Assembly (NCBI GenBank): GCA_039180865.1
Contig: JBCDCZ010000001.1
Span: 5,492 to 69,491, forward strand
Origin: Pseudomonadota bacterium
Lineage (GTDB): Bacteria; Pseudomonadota; Alphaproteobacteria; Rhizobiales; JACESI01
Direction: 5' to 3'
Length of the DNA stretch: 64,000 bases
Under the pieces are notes generated by a model. The model searched no databases. It had not been told where the DNA came from and saw only the letters and a program-made list of their open reading frames with translations. The position numbers were made by a program, and so were the translations under genes. Below, one piece after another: positions 46,638-56,046 of this stretch. Position 1 is the first letter of the stretch, and the number at the start of each line of letters is the position of its first letter.

Positions 46638-46714
46638 TGGTGACCCCGACAGGATTCGAACCTGTGACCTACGGATTAGGAATCCGTCGCTCTATCCTGC
46701 TGAGCTACGGGGCC
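46638..46714 (-). tRNA. tRNA-Arg (anticodon CCT), CCA encoded
   Basis: The reverse complement folds as a cloverleaf: acceptor GGCCCCG/CGGGGTC, D-arm GCTC..GAGC, anticodon stem ACGGA/TCCGT with loop TTCCTAA, T-arm ACAGG-TTCGAAT-CCTGT, then ACCA. Confidence 0.9.
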
Positions 46715-46962
46715 ATTGCCTGATTGGTTTAGCCAATCTTGCGGCGCTAGGCCACCCGCTTTTCACAACGGTGCCCAACGCCACCCGGCCGGGCTGGCCG
46801 TCATGAGCCCGCCCGATGATCTTGGCATTCTCACTTTCAGGCATCGACGTCAATCGCTTCCATTTCAAGGAAAGCCTAGCAGATGGAATCATGTCACGGA
46901 ACTGGCGGGAAAATGACCGAACGGTTGAACGGACTGTGCCTGCGATCTTGAACACTTCACGT

Positions 46963-46995
46963 GAAAAGACCGGCCTTGATTAGGCTGGTCTTTTC
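46963..46995 (-). terminator. Stem-loop downstream of the lplT-aas fusion gene
   Basis: GAAAAGACCGGCC-TTGATTA-GGCTGGTCTTTTC, a 12-13-bp stem with one mismatch, 22 nt after the stop codon. Confidence 0.5.
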
Positions 46996-47016
46996 ATTTC
47001 CATAGATCGTTGAGGC

Positions 47017-50000
47017 TTAAGCAGCAGCCTCTCCCGCCGACGGCTGGGCTTTCACTGAAGATGTGCCCATCAAATCAGCCGCAAGCCGGTTGGCACCGCC
47101 AATGTCGAGTTTACCGGTTCCAAGAAGCGGGATCGCATCGACGCTGAACACGGTCTTTGCCACCATGATCTCGCCGATACCTTTCGACTTTGCGAAAGTG
47201 AGCAATGCCTTTGCGTTAATCGCATCATCGTTGCCCTCACAAAGAAGCACGATCTGTTCGCCCTTCTTTTCGTGCGGCAGGGCCACTGCGCAGCACGGTG
47301 TTTCCGGCCAGAGCTCGTTTGCAAGGCTTTCAACGGCGGTCAGCGAGACCATCTCACCACCGATCTTTGCAAAACGCTTGACGCGCCCTTTGATCGAGAT
47401 GAAGCCCTTGTCATCGATGCTCACGATGTCTCCCGTGTCGTGCCATCCATCGACGGGCGGTTGAATGACGCCAGGATTGTCAACTTTGAGATATCCCATC
47501 ATCACATTCGGCCCGGTGACATGAAGACGACCACCGTCCTCAACACCTGTCACGGGCTCAAGACGCGCTTCCATACCAGGCAGAAGGCGACCCACCGTGC
47601 CCGGCACATTGGCAAGCGGTGTGTTGATGGAAAGGACGGGAGCGGTTTCCGTCGTACCATAACCTTCCAGGACACGCAGACCGAATTTCTCCGACCAGAC
47701 CTGGCGGGTCTCGGGGCGCACGCGCTCAGCACCGGCAAACACATAGCGCAGCGAATAGAAATCGTAAGCATGAGCCATGCGCGCATATCCGCTCAAGAAT
47801 GTGTCCGTGCCGAACATCACGGTCGCGTTCGTATCGTAAGCAATCTCAGGCACGATACGGTAGTGAAGCGGCGACGGATAAAGGAAGGTCGGTACACCAC
47901 TCAGCAGGGGCAGAAGTGTCCCGGCCGTCAAGCCGAAAGAATGGAACATCGGCAATGCGTTCAACACCTTATCTTTCGGTGAGAAGTCAATCACCGACGA
48001 GACCTGATTGCGGTTTGCCTGAATGTTCGCATGGCTCAAAACGACGCCTTTCGGAAGCCCTTCGGAGCCGGATGTGAAGAGTATAACCGCTTTGTCTTCC
48101 GGCTTGGCTGAACCACCAGCCTGCATCCGGAAGGCAAGCTTCGGAAACTTCGCTTTGACGAAGCCGCGAACTTTGTCGAAGGTCGAGATCTCTTCGCGGA
48201 TGTCCTCAAGATAGACGACCTCTGCCATTTCACCGACAGCTTCGATCAGGGCATCGAGCTTTCCAAGGTCCACGAAACGCCGGGATGTGAAGACCGTCTT
48301 GATCTCCGCGGCCGTGATCGCGGCCTGAATGCCAGCGCGTCCTGCGGTAAAGTTCAGCATGGCGGGCGTGAACCCGTAAGCGTGGCATGCAAAGAAGCTC
48401 ACGACGCAGCCGTTCGAATTCGGTAGAAGAAGTCCGACCGTATCGCCAGCCTTTGCATGTTTCGTCATCTTGGCGCCAAGGATGAACGATCCCGCGATAA
48501 TCCGGTCATAGGAAATCGGGGTACGTTCCATATCCTCGAGGACGGCAGGCGTACCAAACGTGGTTTTCGCATCGATCAGGCTTTCAAAAAGCGTGGTCCG
48601 GGGCCGCTTCGTATCGAAGACCATTTGAGCCATCACTTCATGAAGCGCTGAGGCAGCAGCGGCCCGTTTCCTGCGCCCGACGAGACCGTCCGGAATGCTG
48701 ATTTCCTGCTTTTCAAGCACTGTCAGCGTGATCTCGGGAAACCACTTCGTCGGAAGCTTATCGTTCAGATAAGACACCTTCGAGAATTGCGCGCCTTCTA
48801 TATGGATCGGGATCAACGGTGCACCGGCTTTCTCGGCAATCATCGCCGGGCCATCATAGACCTTCATCAGTGCGCCCGTGCGTGTCAGACGTCCTTCAGG
48901 GAAAATGATCAGGCGGCGTTTTTCGTCACGCACCAGTTTCACCATTTTGCGCACGGAAAGCGGGCTCGTCGGATCGACTGTGACGAGATCAAAGAACAGG
49001 AAGGCCGGGCGCACCCACCATGCTTTCGCAATCTGGGTGTTGATCGCAAAGGCCGGACGTCCGGGCAGAAGGCATCCGAGCAGGACCGCATCAAGGTAGG
49101 ATACGTGGTTGGCGATAACGACGGCAGGCGCGTTCGGGTCACCATATCCTTCAAGGTTCTTGACGCGTGCCTTGAAGAGCGTGCGCAGGAGCGACGCACC
49201 GACGGATTTGATGACTTCTGAAGCAAGTTTCACGAATAGGTATCCGGCGAGGACAACCGAAAGAGCAGCAAAGCCGAACAACAAAGCCGGAAACTCGAAC
49301 CCGATCGCAAGCAACGCGGTTGCGGCGAGACTAACGGCAACCATAAGGAGCGAATTTAGAATGTTGCTTCCCGCGATCGCGGTTGAGCGGTTTTCGTCTT
49401 CGGTCACCGTCTGGAAGATCGCATAAAGCGGTACGGTAAAAACTGCCCCAAAGAAGGCAACGGCAACCATATCAAAGAGAATACGAACCCGATCCCAGGA
49501 TGCGAGGAGATCGGTCACACCAACAGCGGAAGCGGGGGGCGTATAGGCTTGCAGTGCGAAACCGAAATCTGCGAGGAACACTGCCATACCAAGGACACCA
49601 AATGGGACGTGCCGAGGTGAGATATCACCTTTCAGGAGCTTTGAGATCGCAAAGGTTCCCAGGCCAATCCCGATGACAAACGCCGCGACGAGGAGGTTTG
49701 CTGCGTTGGCAGTGAGATTGAGCATATCCTTCGCGACGCCCGGAAGCGTGCTGATCACCACAAGACCAATCGCCCAGAACCATGCAATCGCAAGCGTCGT
49801 TTGCAGAAGGGTCCGATTGCTGAGAACCGCTTTGACGGCTGTGATCGAACTCGTCACCGGGTTCTTGGAAAGCGTCGCACCGTCCTTCAGGAATGAAGGG
49901 ATAGACGGCAGTCGCAGGCTCGAAACATAGCTGAGAGCTGAACCGGCGATCAAAAGACCTGCCAACACACCAGTGTGACCGTTGCCGGCGAGATACCCAC

Positions 50001-50493
50001 CGACGAGAAGGCCAAGCAGGATCGCAATGAAAGTCGAGCTTTCGAAGAGTGCGTTGGCTGAAACCAAATGTTTGCGCGCCAACATTTGCGGCAAAATAGA
50101 GTATTTCGCCGGGCCGAAGACCGTCGATTGCACCGCGTAAAGGAAAAGGGTCAACAGGAGCAGAGGGCCTGATTGCGTAAAGAGCGCACCGGTTGCAAGG
50201 ACCGCCAGGCCGATTTCGACAAGACGTGTCCGCTGGACGATCGTTGCTTTGTCGTATTGATCGTTGAGCGCACCTGAGACACCGGAAAACAGGAGAAAGG
50301 GTGCGATATAGATGATCGCCCCAAGCATCAGGGCGATGTCGGTGGAGAGCCCAAAGAGAGACAGTCCGCCGAAAGCCACCAGGAAGGAGAATGCGCTCTT
50401 CAAGGTGTTGTCGGTAAACGCACCCAGGAATTGTGTGATGAAGAGCGGGAAGAACGTTTTGTCTTGGAAGAGTTCGTTACGCGGCAAAAACAT
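47017..50493 (-). CDS. aas: Triple fusion: MFS lysophospholipid transporter (LplT) + PlsC-type acyltransferase + acyl-ACP synthetase (Aas)
   Basis: ORF 47017..50565. The ATG at 50493 follows an AAGGA RBS. About 430 aa of 12-TM MFS, then the HX4D motif (NHVSYLDA), then the AMP-binding motif (ILFTSGSEGLPKGVVLSH). Confidence 0.8.
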   Translation of the reverse strand: MFLPRNELFQDKTFFPLFITQFLGAFTDNTLKSAFSFLVAFGGLSLFGLSTDIALMLGAIIYIAPFLLFSGVSGALNDQYDKATIVQRTRLVEIGLAVLATGALFTQSGPLLLLTLFLYAVQSTVFGPAKYSILPQMLARKHLVSANALFESSTFIAILLGLLVGGYLAGNGHTGVLAGLLIAGSALSYVSSLRLPSIPSFLKDGATLSKNPVTSSITAVKAVLSNRTLLQTTLAIAWFWAIGLVVISTLPGVAKDMLNLTANAANLLVAAFVIGIGLGTFAISKLLKGDISPRHVPFGVLGMAVFLADFGFALQAYTPPASAVGVTDLLASWDRVRILFDMVAVAFFGAVFTVPLYAIFQTVTEDENRSTAIAGSNILNSLLMVAVSLAATALLAIGFEFPALLFGFAALSVVLAGYLFVKLASEVIKSVGASLLRTLFKARVKNLEGYGDPNAPAVVIANHVSYLDAVLLGCLLPGRPAFAINTQIAKAWWVRPAFLFFDLVTVDPTSPLSVRKMVKLVRDEKRRLIIFPEGRLTRTGALMKVYDGPAMIAEKAGAPLIPIHIEGAQFSKVSYLNDKLPTKWFPEITLTVLEKQEISIPDGLVGRRKRAAAASALHEVMAQMVFDTKRPRTTLFESLIDAKTTFGTPAVLEDMERTPISYDRIIAGSFILGAKMTKHAKAGDTVGLLLPNSNGCVVSFFACHAYGFTPAMLNFTAGRAGIQAAITAAEIKTVFTSRRFVDLGKLDALIEAVGEMAEVVYLEDIREEISTFDKVRGFVKAKFPKLAFRMQAGGSAKPEDKAVILFTSGSEGLPKGVVLSHANIQANRNQVSSVIDFSPKDKVLNALPMFHSFGLTAGTLLPLLSGVPTFLYPSPLHYRIVPEIAYDTNATVMFGTDTFLSGYARMAHAYDFYSLRYVFAGAERVRPETRQVWSEKFGLRVLEGYGTTETAPVLSINTPLANVPGTVGRLLPGMEARLEPVTGVEDGGRLHVTGPNVMMGYLKVDNPGVIQPPVDGWHDTGDIVSIDDKGFISIKGRVKRFAKIGGEMVSLTAVESLANELWPETPCCAVALPHEKKGEQIVLLCEGNDDAINAKALLTFAKSKGIGEIMVAKTVFSVDAIPLLGTGKLDIGGANRLAADLMGTSSVKAQPSAGEAAA

Positions 50494-50561
50494 AATCTTT
50501 TCCTTTCGAAAGAAAGGAGGTCGACACTCTTCAATAAAAGAGAATATCGACCTCTTAACTA

Positions 50562-50843
50562 TCAAGCGGCCTCTTTACGGCCAATATCCATCAATAATTT
50601 TTCGGTTTTGGCATCCTCGATCCTATGGACAAGACGTTTAGATTCTTGTTCGTCACGGATCGTTTTTGTGACGGTAATTGCAGACTGAACGATCATAAGT
50701 GTTGCCATGGTTAAAAATCCCTTCGTTGCGAGATCAAGTGGCAAGAAGAAGATGCCAATTCCCATCATCGCCATTGATATTCCGAAGTTTGCGATCGTGA
50801 ATGTTTTCCAGGCTGCTGTATTTTGAATATTTGGTTCGGTCAT
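50562..50843 (-). CDS. YiaA/YiaB-like two-helix inner-membrane protein
   Basis: 93 aa with two TM helices followed by an amphipathic tail. It lies directly downstream of the pspA-like gene. Confidence 0.5.
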   Translation of the reverse strand: MTEPNIQNTAAWKTFTIANFGISMAMMGIGIFFLPLDLATKGFLTMATLMIVQSAITVTKTIRDEQESKRLVHRIEDAKTEKLLMDIGRKEAA

Positions 50844-50877
50844 TTTCGATCTCCGTTACTTGTGTGAGGTGATATTG

Positions 50878-51567
50878 CTATTTTTCAGAAGCAGTTAATC
50901 TTGATTTCAGACGAGCGAGCACATCGTCCGCACTTGTCTTGATCGCCGGACCACACCCGGCTTCGGCGAGTTTTTCAGCGACCTTTTCCGGGTCGACGGA
51001 TTGCGAGAATGTGTTGAGGGCATCCTCGGTCGCATCGATATGTTGCTGACGCGCTCTGAGGCGGTTGAGTGTCTCTTCCGCCTCCACGAGGGTGCTGAGA
51101 CCGGAGCCGGGAACGTCCTGACGAATACGGTGCGCTTTATCCGTCGCCGTTGCGATCCGCTGACCGCGACGCAAGTCCTTAAGACGCGTTTCAGCCGTCA
51201 GAACGTTTGTCCGCAGGCGCTGAATTTCTTTGGAAAAAGTGGCTTGCGCTTCTTCGCTGTCTTTATGCTCGGTCTCAAGGGTTGCGATCGTCTCTGCCGC
51301 TTCCTGAGCAAGATCAGACTTGTTGGTTTCCAACGCAGCAATCGCTCGTGTCTCCAGATCTTCGATCTGTTTACGCAGGCGTTCGCAGTGCGCTTTTTCC
51401 TGTTCGTTATGGGCGATCGCGACCGCAACAGCCTTGCGCGCGGCTTCTACGGCTTTCGCCCCATCGCGCATTTGCTGTTGAAGAATGAGCAGCGCATGTC
51501 GGTCGGTGATCTCTTCGGCGGCGTTATGACTGGCCGCTCGAAATAGCGTGAATAATTGTTTGAACAT
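50878..51567 (-). CDS. pspA: PspA/IM30-family protein
   Basis: ORF 50878..51591. The ATG at 51567 follows a GGAG RBS. The N-terminus MFKQLFTLFRA and the all-coiled-coil composition are typical of PspA/IM30. Confidence 0.75.
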   Translation of the reverse strand: MFKQLFTLFRAASHNAAEEITDRHALLILQQQMRDGAKAVEAARKAVAVAIAHNEQEKAHCERLRKQIEDLETRAIAALETNKSDLAQEAAETIATLETEHKDSEEAQATFSKEIQRLRTNVLTAETRLKDLRRGQRIATATDKAHRIRQDVPGSGLSTLVEAEETLNRLRARQQHIDATEDALNTFSQSVDPEKVAEKLAEAGCGPAIKTSADDVLARLKSRLTASEK

Positions 51568-51583
51568 TGCCGATACTCCATTT

Positions 51584-51598
51584 GTGAACATTGTTCAC
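51584..51598. promoter_or_regulatory. Palindromic operator GTGAACATTGTTCAC (copy 1)
   Basis: Perfect 7-1-7 inverted repeat in the pspA / tetR divergent region. Confidence 0.55.
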
Positions 51599-51638
51599 GA
51601 TTGAATTTACGCAAATCCTCGCTATAGTCAAGAATAAA

Positions 51639-51653
51639 ATGAACATTGTTCAC
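51639..51653. promoter_or_regulatory. Palindromic operator ATGAACATTGTTCAC (copy 2)
   Basis: A second copy lies 55 bp from the first. 16 of 17 nt are identical when the flanking GA is included. Confidence 0.55.
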
Positions 51654-51672
51654 GAAATGGAGGCGTTGGTTA

Positions 51673-52254
51673 ATGGCAGGAAAACGGGAAGCGCTTCGGC
51701 AGGATCTGACAAACCGTCTCATCGAAGCGGCCACAAACAGGATCACCACGTCCGGACTGAACGCGCTACGGGCACGGCAGATAGCGGAAGATGCGAAGTG
51801 TGCTCTTGGAACGATCTACAAGTGCTTTGCCGATTTCGACGACCTGATATTGCACGTGAATTCAAGAACGCTGGCCGCCCTTGGCGCAGCGCTCAAAAAA
51901 GCAATGTCCGAAAGTGGTGAAGGCGAAACACCGCTAGAGGTGTTAGCTGTCGCTTATATGCGCTTTGCGAAGGAGAACACGCATCTTTGGGCCGCGCTCT
52001 TCGAACATCGGATGCCGCAGAATGTGCCCGTTCCCGATTGGCATCTCGAAGAGCACGGCGCCTTATTTGATGACCTCTCGAGCATCATTTCCGGAAGCGC
52101 AGAGGGACTATCAGAAGAAGAGGCGAATGTGCGTGCCCGCACTTATTTCTCGGCAATCCACGGCATAGTCTCAATCAGCCTCCAGGACCGTTTTGTCGGT
52201 GTCCCTTTGGAAAGGCTGGAAAACGAAGTGCGCACATTTGCACGCGCGCTTTGA
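51673..52254 (+). CDS. TetR-family transcriptional regulator
   Basis: ORF 51646..52254. The ATG at 51673 follows a GGAGG RBS. N-terminal HTH: LRARQIAEDAKCALGTIYKCFADFDDLI. Confidence 0.8.
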   Translation: MAGKREALRQDLTNRLIEAATNRITTSGLNALRARQIAEDAKCALGTIYKCFADFDDLILHVNSRTLAALGAALKKAMSESGEGETPLEVLAVAYMRFAKENTHLWAALFEHRMPQNVPVPDWHLEEHGALFDDLSSIISGSAEGLSEEEANVRARTYFSAIHGIVSISLQDRFVGVPLERLENEVRTFARAL

Positions 52255-52295
52255 CCCTTCCCCGTAACGGCCATTGAACCAGCAGCTGAAAGCCC

Positions 52296-53945
52296 ATGTC
52301 ACCCATCAAGCGAAGCCTCCTTGCGGTTGCATTCATCATCGTTCTCGCAGCAAGCGCCGCATGGTTCTTTTCAGTCCACGAAACCCCATCGCTCACCAGA
52401 GCAAACAATATTGACGCGCTCGAAGGACCGGCCCGTGGCGGGGCAGTCTTTGAAGGCGCTGCCTTTGGCGGCATCAGCATGACGGCCCTTGAAACCCATG
52501 CTGTTCCATGGCGGCTTGTCGCAGCGGCTCTCGTTCTTGATGAGAATGCGCGCAATCCAGACGCCGAGGTTTCACAAGAAACACTCAATAGCATTCTTGC
52601 GCAGTTTGGCTTTCTGGTTGGGGCGACGCCCGTTAATCGGCCCGCCATTGTCTCACCATCGGAGAGCATCCTTCCACTTGGATTCACATACGGAAATCTC
52701 TCTCCGATCGGTGGGGCAAACATCTTGGCAGCCAATCTTGGATGTGCCGCCTGCCATGCCGGGGTTACTTATGATGAAAATGGTCGACCGCAACCGGATC
52801 GTGCCTGGCTGGGCATGCCGAACACATCGATCAATCTTGAAGCCTATGTCGCGTCGGTTTTCGAAGTGCTGGTCAGGCGAACGGAAGACACGGAAAAGCT
52901 CCTTATCACCGTTGGCGATCTCTTCCCGGAAATGGATGTCCGTGAAGCCCTCACCCTTCGATTCTTTGTCCTGCCGATCGTCAAAGATCGGCTTGCAGAA
53001 CTATCGGAGGTGCGGGCACCCCTGCCCTTTCCGAATGGCGTTCCAGGAAGCACGAATGGTGTAGCGGCCCTCAAATGGGCGTTGGGAACACCGCTTCTTG
53101 GCGACGGCCCTGACGATAACGGTATCGTATCGATCCCCGATCTCGGCCACCGGTCATGGCGGACAAGCCTCCTCGCAGACGGCGCTTATGCCCCTGTTGG
53201 AAAGAACCGCCAGCGTCCCATAGACAAAGAAGAAGTGACCAAAGGCCATCTTAACGATCTTGCAGCGATTACGACATTCTTCACGGTGCCAAGCATGGGC
53301 GTGGACTCCGGCACGGCGATTAATCATCTCGACAAGGCAACGGCGATTTTCGACTTTATCGAAAACGCTTACGCGCCGCAGGCATTTCCGGGTCCAATCG
53401 ATAAACTGGCTGCACAACGAGGTGCCCGTAGCTACAGCGAGACCTGTTCGGAATGCCACGGCACCTACGAATGGCAGGGCGAACAACCGATCCTTACGCT
53501 TTTCCCAAACTGGCTAGGTGATGTCGGAACCGATCCGCTACGCGCGCAGGCTTTCACTCCGAAACTGGCAGATGCGATTGGAAAAACATCGCACAAGGAC
53601 GTCCTGAGCGCCGTCTCAACCGGCAAATACGCAGCACCGCCGCTTACCGGTATCTGGGCTTCCGCGCCTTACCTTCACAACGGGTCGATTCCGACTATTC
53701 AAACGCTCCTCAACCCGAACCTTCGAACTACCCGCTTTCAGGTCGGCGGTCATGCAATCGACTTTCAACATCTTGGGATCGCACTTCAGACAAACGGCGC
53801 TTATCCGGATGGCTACGAGCCGTTTTCAGACCCTATCTGGTTTGACACGTCAATTGCGGGCTTTGGCAACGATGGTCATAAGTTCGGAAGCGATTTGAGT
53901 GACGATGAAAAACGCGATCTCATCGAATTCCTGAAGCTCTTGTAA
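52296..53945 (+). CDS. Exported di-haem c-type cytochrome (cytochrome c peroxidase/MauG-superfamily-like)
   Basis: 549 aa with an N-terminal signal-anchor, two CxxCH motifs (CAACH, CSECH) and an APYLHNGSIPT segment typical of di-haem peroxidase-like proteins. Confidence 0.6.
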   Translation: MSPIKRSLLAVAFIIVLAASAAWFFSVHETPSLTRANNIDALEGPARGGAVFEGAAFGGISMTALETHAVPWRLVAAALVLDENARNPDAEVSQETLNSILAQFGFLVGATPVNRPAIVSPSESILPLGFTYGNLSPIGGANILAANLGCAACHAGVTYDENGRPQPDRAWLGMPNTSINLEAYVASVFEVLVRRTEDTEKLLITVGDLFPEMDVREALTLRFFVLPIVKDRLAELSEVRAPLPFPNGVPGSTNGVAALKWALGTPLLGDGPDDNGIVSIPDLGHRSWRTSLLADGAYAPVGKNRQRPIDKEEVTKGHLNDLAAITTFFTVPSMGVDSGTAINHLDKATAIFDFIENAYAPQAFPGPIDKLAAQRGARSYSETCSECHGTYEWQGEQPILTLFPNWLGDVGTDPLRAQAFTPKLADAIGKTSHKDVLSAVSTGKYAAPPLTGIWASAPYLHNGSIPTIQTLLNPNLRTTRFQVGGHAIDFQHLGIALQTNGAYPDGYEPFSDPIWFDTSIAGFGNDGHKFGSDLSDDEKRDLIEFLKLL

Positions 53946-53951
53946 TCTGCT

Positions 53952-54956
53952 TCACACAGCATCCGATATGATGATGTGCTCGAGGGGCAGGCGCGCCCTC
54001 GCCGTGGTTTTATGTTTTGCTGCATGACTTACGAGCGGCTTTCCGAAAACGAAGGCTGTCAGGAGTTTTCGGTCGGAGGAAAGGCCCGCCTTTTTGTGAA
54101 GGACCGCACACGTTTCGGTGTCGTCGGTCAGCGCTGCCACGACCTGCGAAGAAAAACCTGCCTTTTCGATTTCGAGCCAATGGCGATAAAAGTGCCTGCC
54201 GCTATCAAGCGGTGTTTCCTCGACTGGTCTATGCACAAGAAGGAAACCAGCAGCGCGGGAATATCGCTTCGCCTCCGATACTAAAAAACCGGCGAGCCCA
54301 AGCTTGTGCAAGACGCCGAAGGTGCTGCCAAGGACGATGGAAGCTGCAAGGGCTTCAAATCCGCTCATATGCATTGCTTTGGCATTGAGACCATCGCGGG
54401 ACCAATGCGGATGAACGGGTTTAAACCGCATCCATGAGACCAGCTCTTCCCGAAAATCAGCATCGGCCATAAATCTCAGGCTCGCGTCATCGGCGAGGCA
54501 ACCAATCTGCCGGACGTTGTCTTCACGCGCAAAGACTGTGCAGGACGAACCGCCGATTGAAACAGCCCGCTCACGATCTACATCCGTCGCCGTTTCAAAT
54601 GGCCCGCGCCAGGAACGGCGGCTTTCGATAAAAGCTGCGAGATCGTCAGCCTCGCCACCGGAGCTAAAGTGCAAGGCGCCAAGGCGTTGATACGCGCCGC
54701 TCTCTGTAAGAGTCGTTTCAGTCTCAAATCGCGTCGAGAACCCTTGTCGCGACGCCGCAATCGCGGCGCCCTCGAGACAAGCGCCAACGCTGATCATCAC
54801 ATCGCGGTCAGTCGGGTCGCCATGCGGAAGGCGAACGCTTCGGTCCCGCATGAGGATAAGGCGGTCATTATCAAACGCCCAACGAACCGGCTGTATGTTG
54901 TGAACGCTCGGTGCAAGACTGGCTTCCGCAACAATCGAGTTGAGATCGGGTTTCAT
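53952..54956 (-). CDS. Two-domain nitroreductase-fold (Acg-like) flavoprotein
   Basis: ORF 53952..55049. The ATG at 54956 lies 1 nt after the upstream stop codon (TGAGATG). APSVHNIQPVRW motif. Confidence 0.6.
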   Translation of the reverse strand: MKPDLNSIVAEASLAPSVHNIQPVRWAFDNDRLILMRDRSVRLPHGDPTDRDVMISVGACLEGAAIAASRQGFSTRFETETTLTESGAYQRLGALHFSSGGEADDLAAFIESRRSWRGPFETATDVDRERAVSIGGSSCTVFAREDNVRQIGCLADDASLRFMADADFREELVSWMRFKPVHPHWSRDGLNAKAMHMSGFEALAASIVLGSTFGVLHKLGLAGFLVSEAKRYSRAAGFLLVHRPVEETPLDSGRHFYRHWLEIEKAGFSSQVVAALTDDTETCAVLHKKAGLSSDRKLLTAFVFGKPLVSHAAKHKTTARARLPLEHIIISDAV

Positions 54957-54957
54957 C

Positions 54958-56046
54958 TCACAGCGCCTTTTTGAAGAGGTGCAGCCGATGAAGTGGCTTC
55001 GCACCAAGTTTTTCCGCCTGGCGAAGGCTTGCCGCATTGATATCAGCAATCCACGTTAAACCGAGCTCCCGATACCCGGCGTTACGCAGCGCTTGAAGGG
55101 TGTGATCAAGCATCGCTCCCATAATGCCAAGTCCATGGCATTTTCGAGCCACCGAATAAAAAATGATCACCGCCCGCTTCCGGTTCAGCCGATAGCGCAA
55201 AAAGTGAAAGGGTGTCAGAAGACCGAAACGGGATTTCGTTGACCGTAAAAATCCATTGAGATCAGGGATGCAGATTACGACACCAACGGGCTCGTTGTCG
55301 CACAGAAGAACACTGGACAACCGCGGATCCAGGATCGTCATCATCTCGCCAGCCTGAAAGACAAAGTCCTCGTTCGACAAGGCGACAAACATCGGATTGT
55401 CGGCGAACCCGTCATTGAGCACGAGCCGCGCATCTTCCATACGCGCCGGAAAGCTTTTCTTTTCAATGGGCGCAAACGAATAAGAGGCGTCCGATGGCAA
55501 TGTCTTTCCGGTAGGCATCGCGGACGCAAGATCAAGCGCGAACGTTGTCATCGGGAAGTATGCTTCAAACCCGTTCGCTTCCAGAAGGCGCGGAATATGC
55601 GCGGGGTTTTGCACCATATCCGTGAAGCCCTGACGGTTGAAACCGTCGGTCTGAACACCGCATTGCTGCATCGCCGTCAGATTGAAATTCCCGCAAAGCA
55701 TGTCGAAACCGCGCGCCCTCGCCCATTGGGATGCCGCCTCGAGCAAAGCCCCTGCGACCTCTCCATTGTCTTCGCAATCGAAGAAACCGAAGCTTGCCTG
55801 ATTGGTCTTGTACAAAGCGTTCGAGGCCGCATGATTGTGGACCACGATCCGGCCCGTCGGACGACCGTTTCTAATAGCCGTAAAATACGTGAAATTCTCG
55901 TCGGATGGGAAAAGCGGGTTCACACCCGATGAAAGCATGCGCTTAAGGTCTGACCGCATCGGCGAGACATAGGGCTCGCTTGAAGGATAAGCGGCGAACG
56001 GAACCTCAAAGAAGTCGTCAAAAGTTCGCTCTCTGATTTCGACCAT
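54958..56046 (-). CDS. GNAT-like acyltransferase, ~360-aa two-lobed type
   Basis: 362 aa. The C-terminal acetyl-CoA-binding-type motif is RKCHGLGIMGAMLDHTLQALRNAGY. The start overlaps the upstream stop codon (TGATG). Confidence 0.55.
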   Translation of the reverse strand: MVEIRERTFDDFFEVPFAAYPSSEPYVSPMRSDLKRMLSSGVNPLFPSDENFTYFTAIRNGRPTGRIVVHNHAASNALYKTNQASFGFFDCEDNGEVAGALLEAASQWARARGFDMLCGNFNLTAMQQCGVQTDGFNRQGFTDMVQNPAHIPRLLEANGFEAYFPMTTFALDLASAMPTGKTLPSDASYSFAPIEKKSFPARMEDARLVLNDGFADNPMFVALSNEDFVFQAGEMMTILDPRLSSVLLCDNEPVGVVICIPDLNGFLRSTKSRFGLLTPFHFLRYRLNRKRAVIIFYSVARKCHGLGIMGAMLDHTLQALRNAGYRELGLTWIADINAASLRQAEKLGAKPLHRLHLFKKAL

